Below the pieces are notes generated by a model. It saw only the letters and a program-made list of their open reading frames with translations, was not told where the DNA came from and did no database searches. 24,000 bases of DNA from Spirosomataceae bacterium. GTDB lineage: Bacteria; Bacteroidota; Bacteroidia; Cytophagales; Spirosomataceae. Of this stretch, positions 23,804 through 24,000 are shown in pieces; the first letter of the stretch is position 1, and each line of letters begins with the position of its first letter. The stretch lies in NCBI GenBank assembly GCA_965249815.1, contig CBDFMV010000003.1:2574218-2598217 (forward strand), in the 5' to 3' direction. The position numbers were made by a program, and so were the translations under genes.

Positions 23804-24000
23804 ATGGCCAATTGTCACTCTCTCTTCATCACCTTCAACGACGATGAACTGAAGCTTACCGGTACGAAAGAAACGCGAATGCGAACCTCCCGCGAGGACT
23901 TACGGAAACGTATTCGTAAGCACTTTGCCGAAAAGCACCCTGAATACAAACCTAAATTTTACATTCAAGGGTCTTACAAAATGCGGACAGTAATCCGCAC
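23804..24000 (+). CDS. cGAS/DncV-like nucleotidyltransferase (CD-NTase), 5' partial (runs off the window)
   Basis: My translation gives MANCHSLFITFNDDELKLTGTKETRMRTSREDLRKRIRKHFAEKHPEYKPKFYIQGSYKMRTVIR. The layout is 'F..F...I.L', then 'R..LR.RI..HF', then 'P.F.IQGSY...T.IR'. It parallels the CD-NTase N-terminus and its Gly-Ser motif (DncV 'WTQGSFQYDTLNRP'). The catalytic DxD would lie just beyond position 24000. Confidence 0.6.
   Translation, partial: MANCHSLFITFNDDELKLTGTKETRMRTSREDLRKRIRKHFAEKHPEYKPKFYIQGSYKMRTVIR

Noticed and set aside
14223-24000. The island as a mobile element: a prophage, an ICE or an integrase-borne island.
   Set aside because: No integrase, transposase, phage structural gene or conjugation gene is present in the visible part, and no copy of the tRNA 3' end was seen downstream within the window. 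I report only the compositional boundary, not mobility.

Overview
The window splits into two parts with different composition. Positions 1-14.2 kb are GC-rich chromosomal backbone. By gene content and promoter-like motifs it looks like a Bacteroidota/Cytophagia-type genome, but that is inference only. This part encodes a BBE-like FAD oxidase, a secreted vanadium-haloperoxidase/PAP2-like protein, a small antitoxin-like ORF followed by a 17-codon PIN toxin stub, a DUF5916/CBM9-like outer-membrane protein, a LuxR-HTH remnant, an SGNH-like hydrolase, a hotdog thioesterase, a histidine phosphatase, a LytS/LytTR two-component pair, and a minus-strand operon (DinB, Nif3, COG1579 zinc ribbon, TPR protein). 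A tRNA-Asp(GTC) at 14145-14218, followed by a strong bidirectional terminator, marks a sharp switch to AT-richer DNA that runs to the window end. That segment reads as a defence island. It holds (i) a 1259-aa single-gene candidate with a nuclease-like N-terminus, a P-loop NTPase and a long helical C-terminus, an Avs/STAND-like architecture that I rate the most interesting, uncharacterised element here. It also holds (ii) a tightly packed plus-strand gene string: half-size hsdS, hsdM, a DUF1016/YhcG PD-(D/E)xK nuclease, a full two-TRD hsdS, a patatin (CapV-like) phospholipase and the start of a CD-NTase. This is a Type I methylase/specificity module with no hsdR in view, joined directly (12-nt gap) to a CBASS module. 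No integrase, transposase, CRISPR array or rRNA is visible. All functional calls come from motif recognition by eye; no searches were run.
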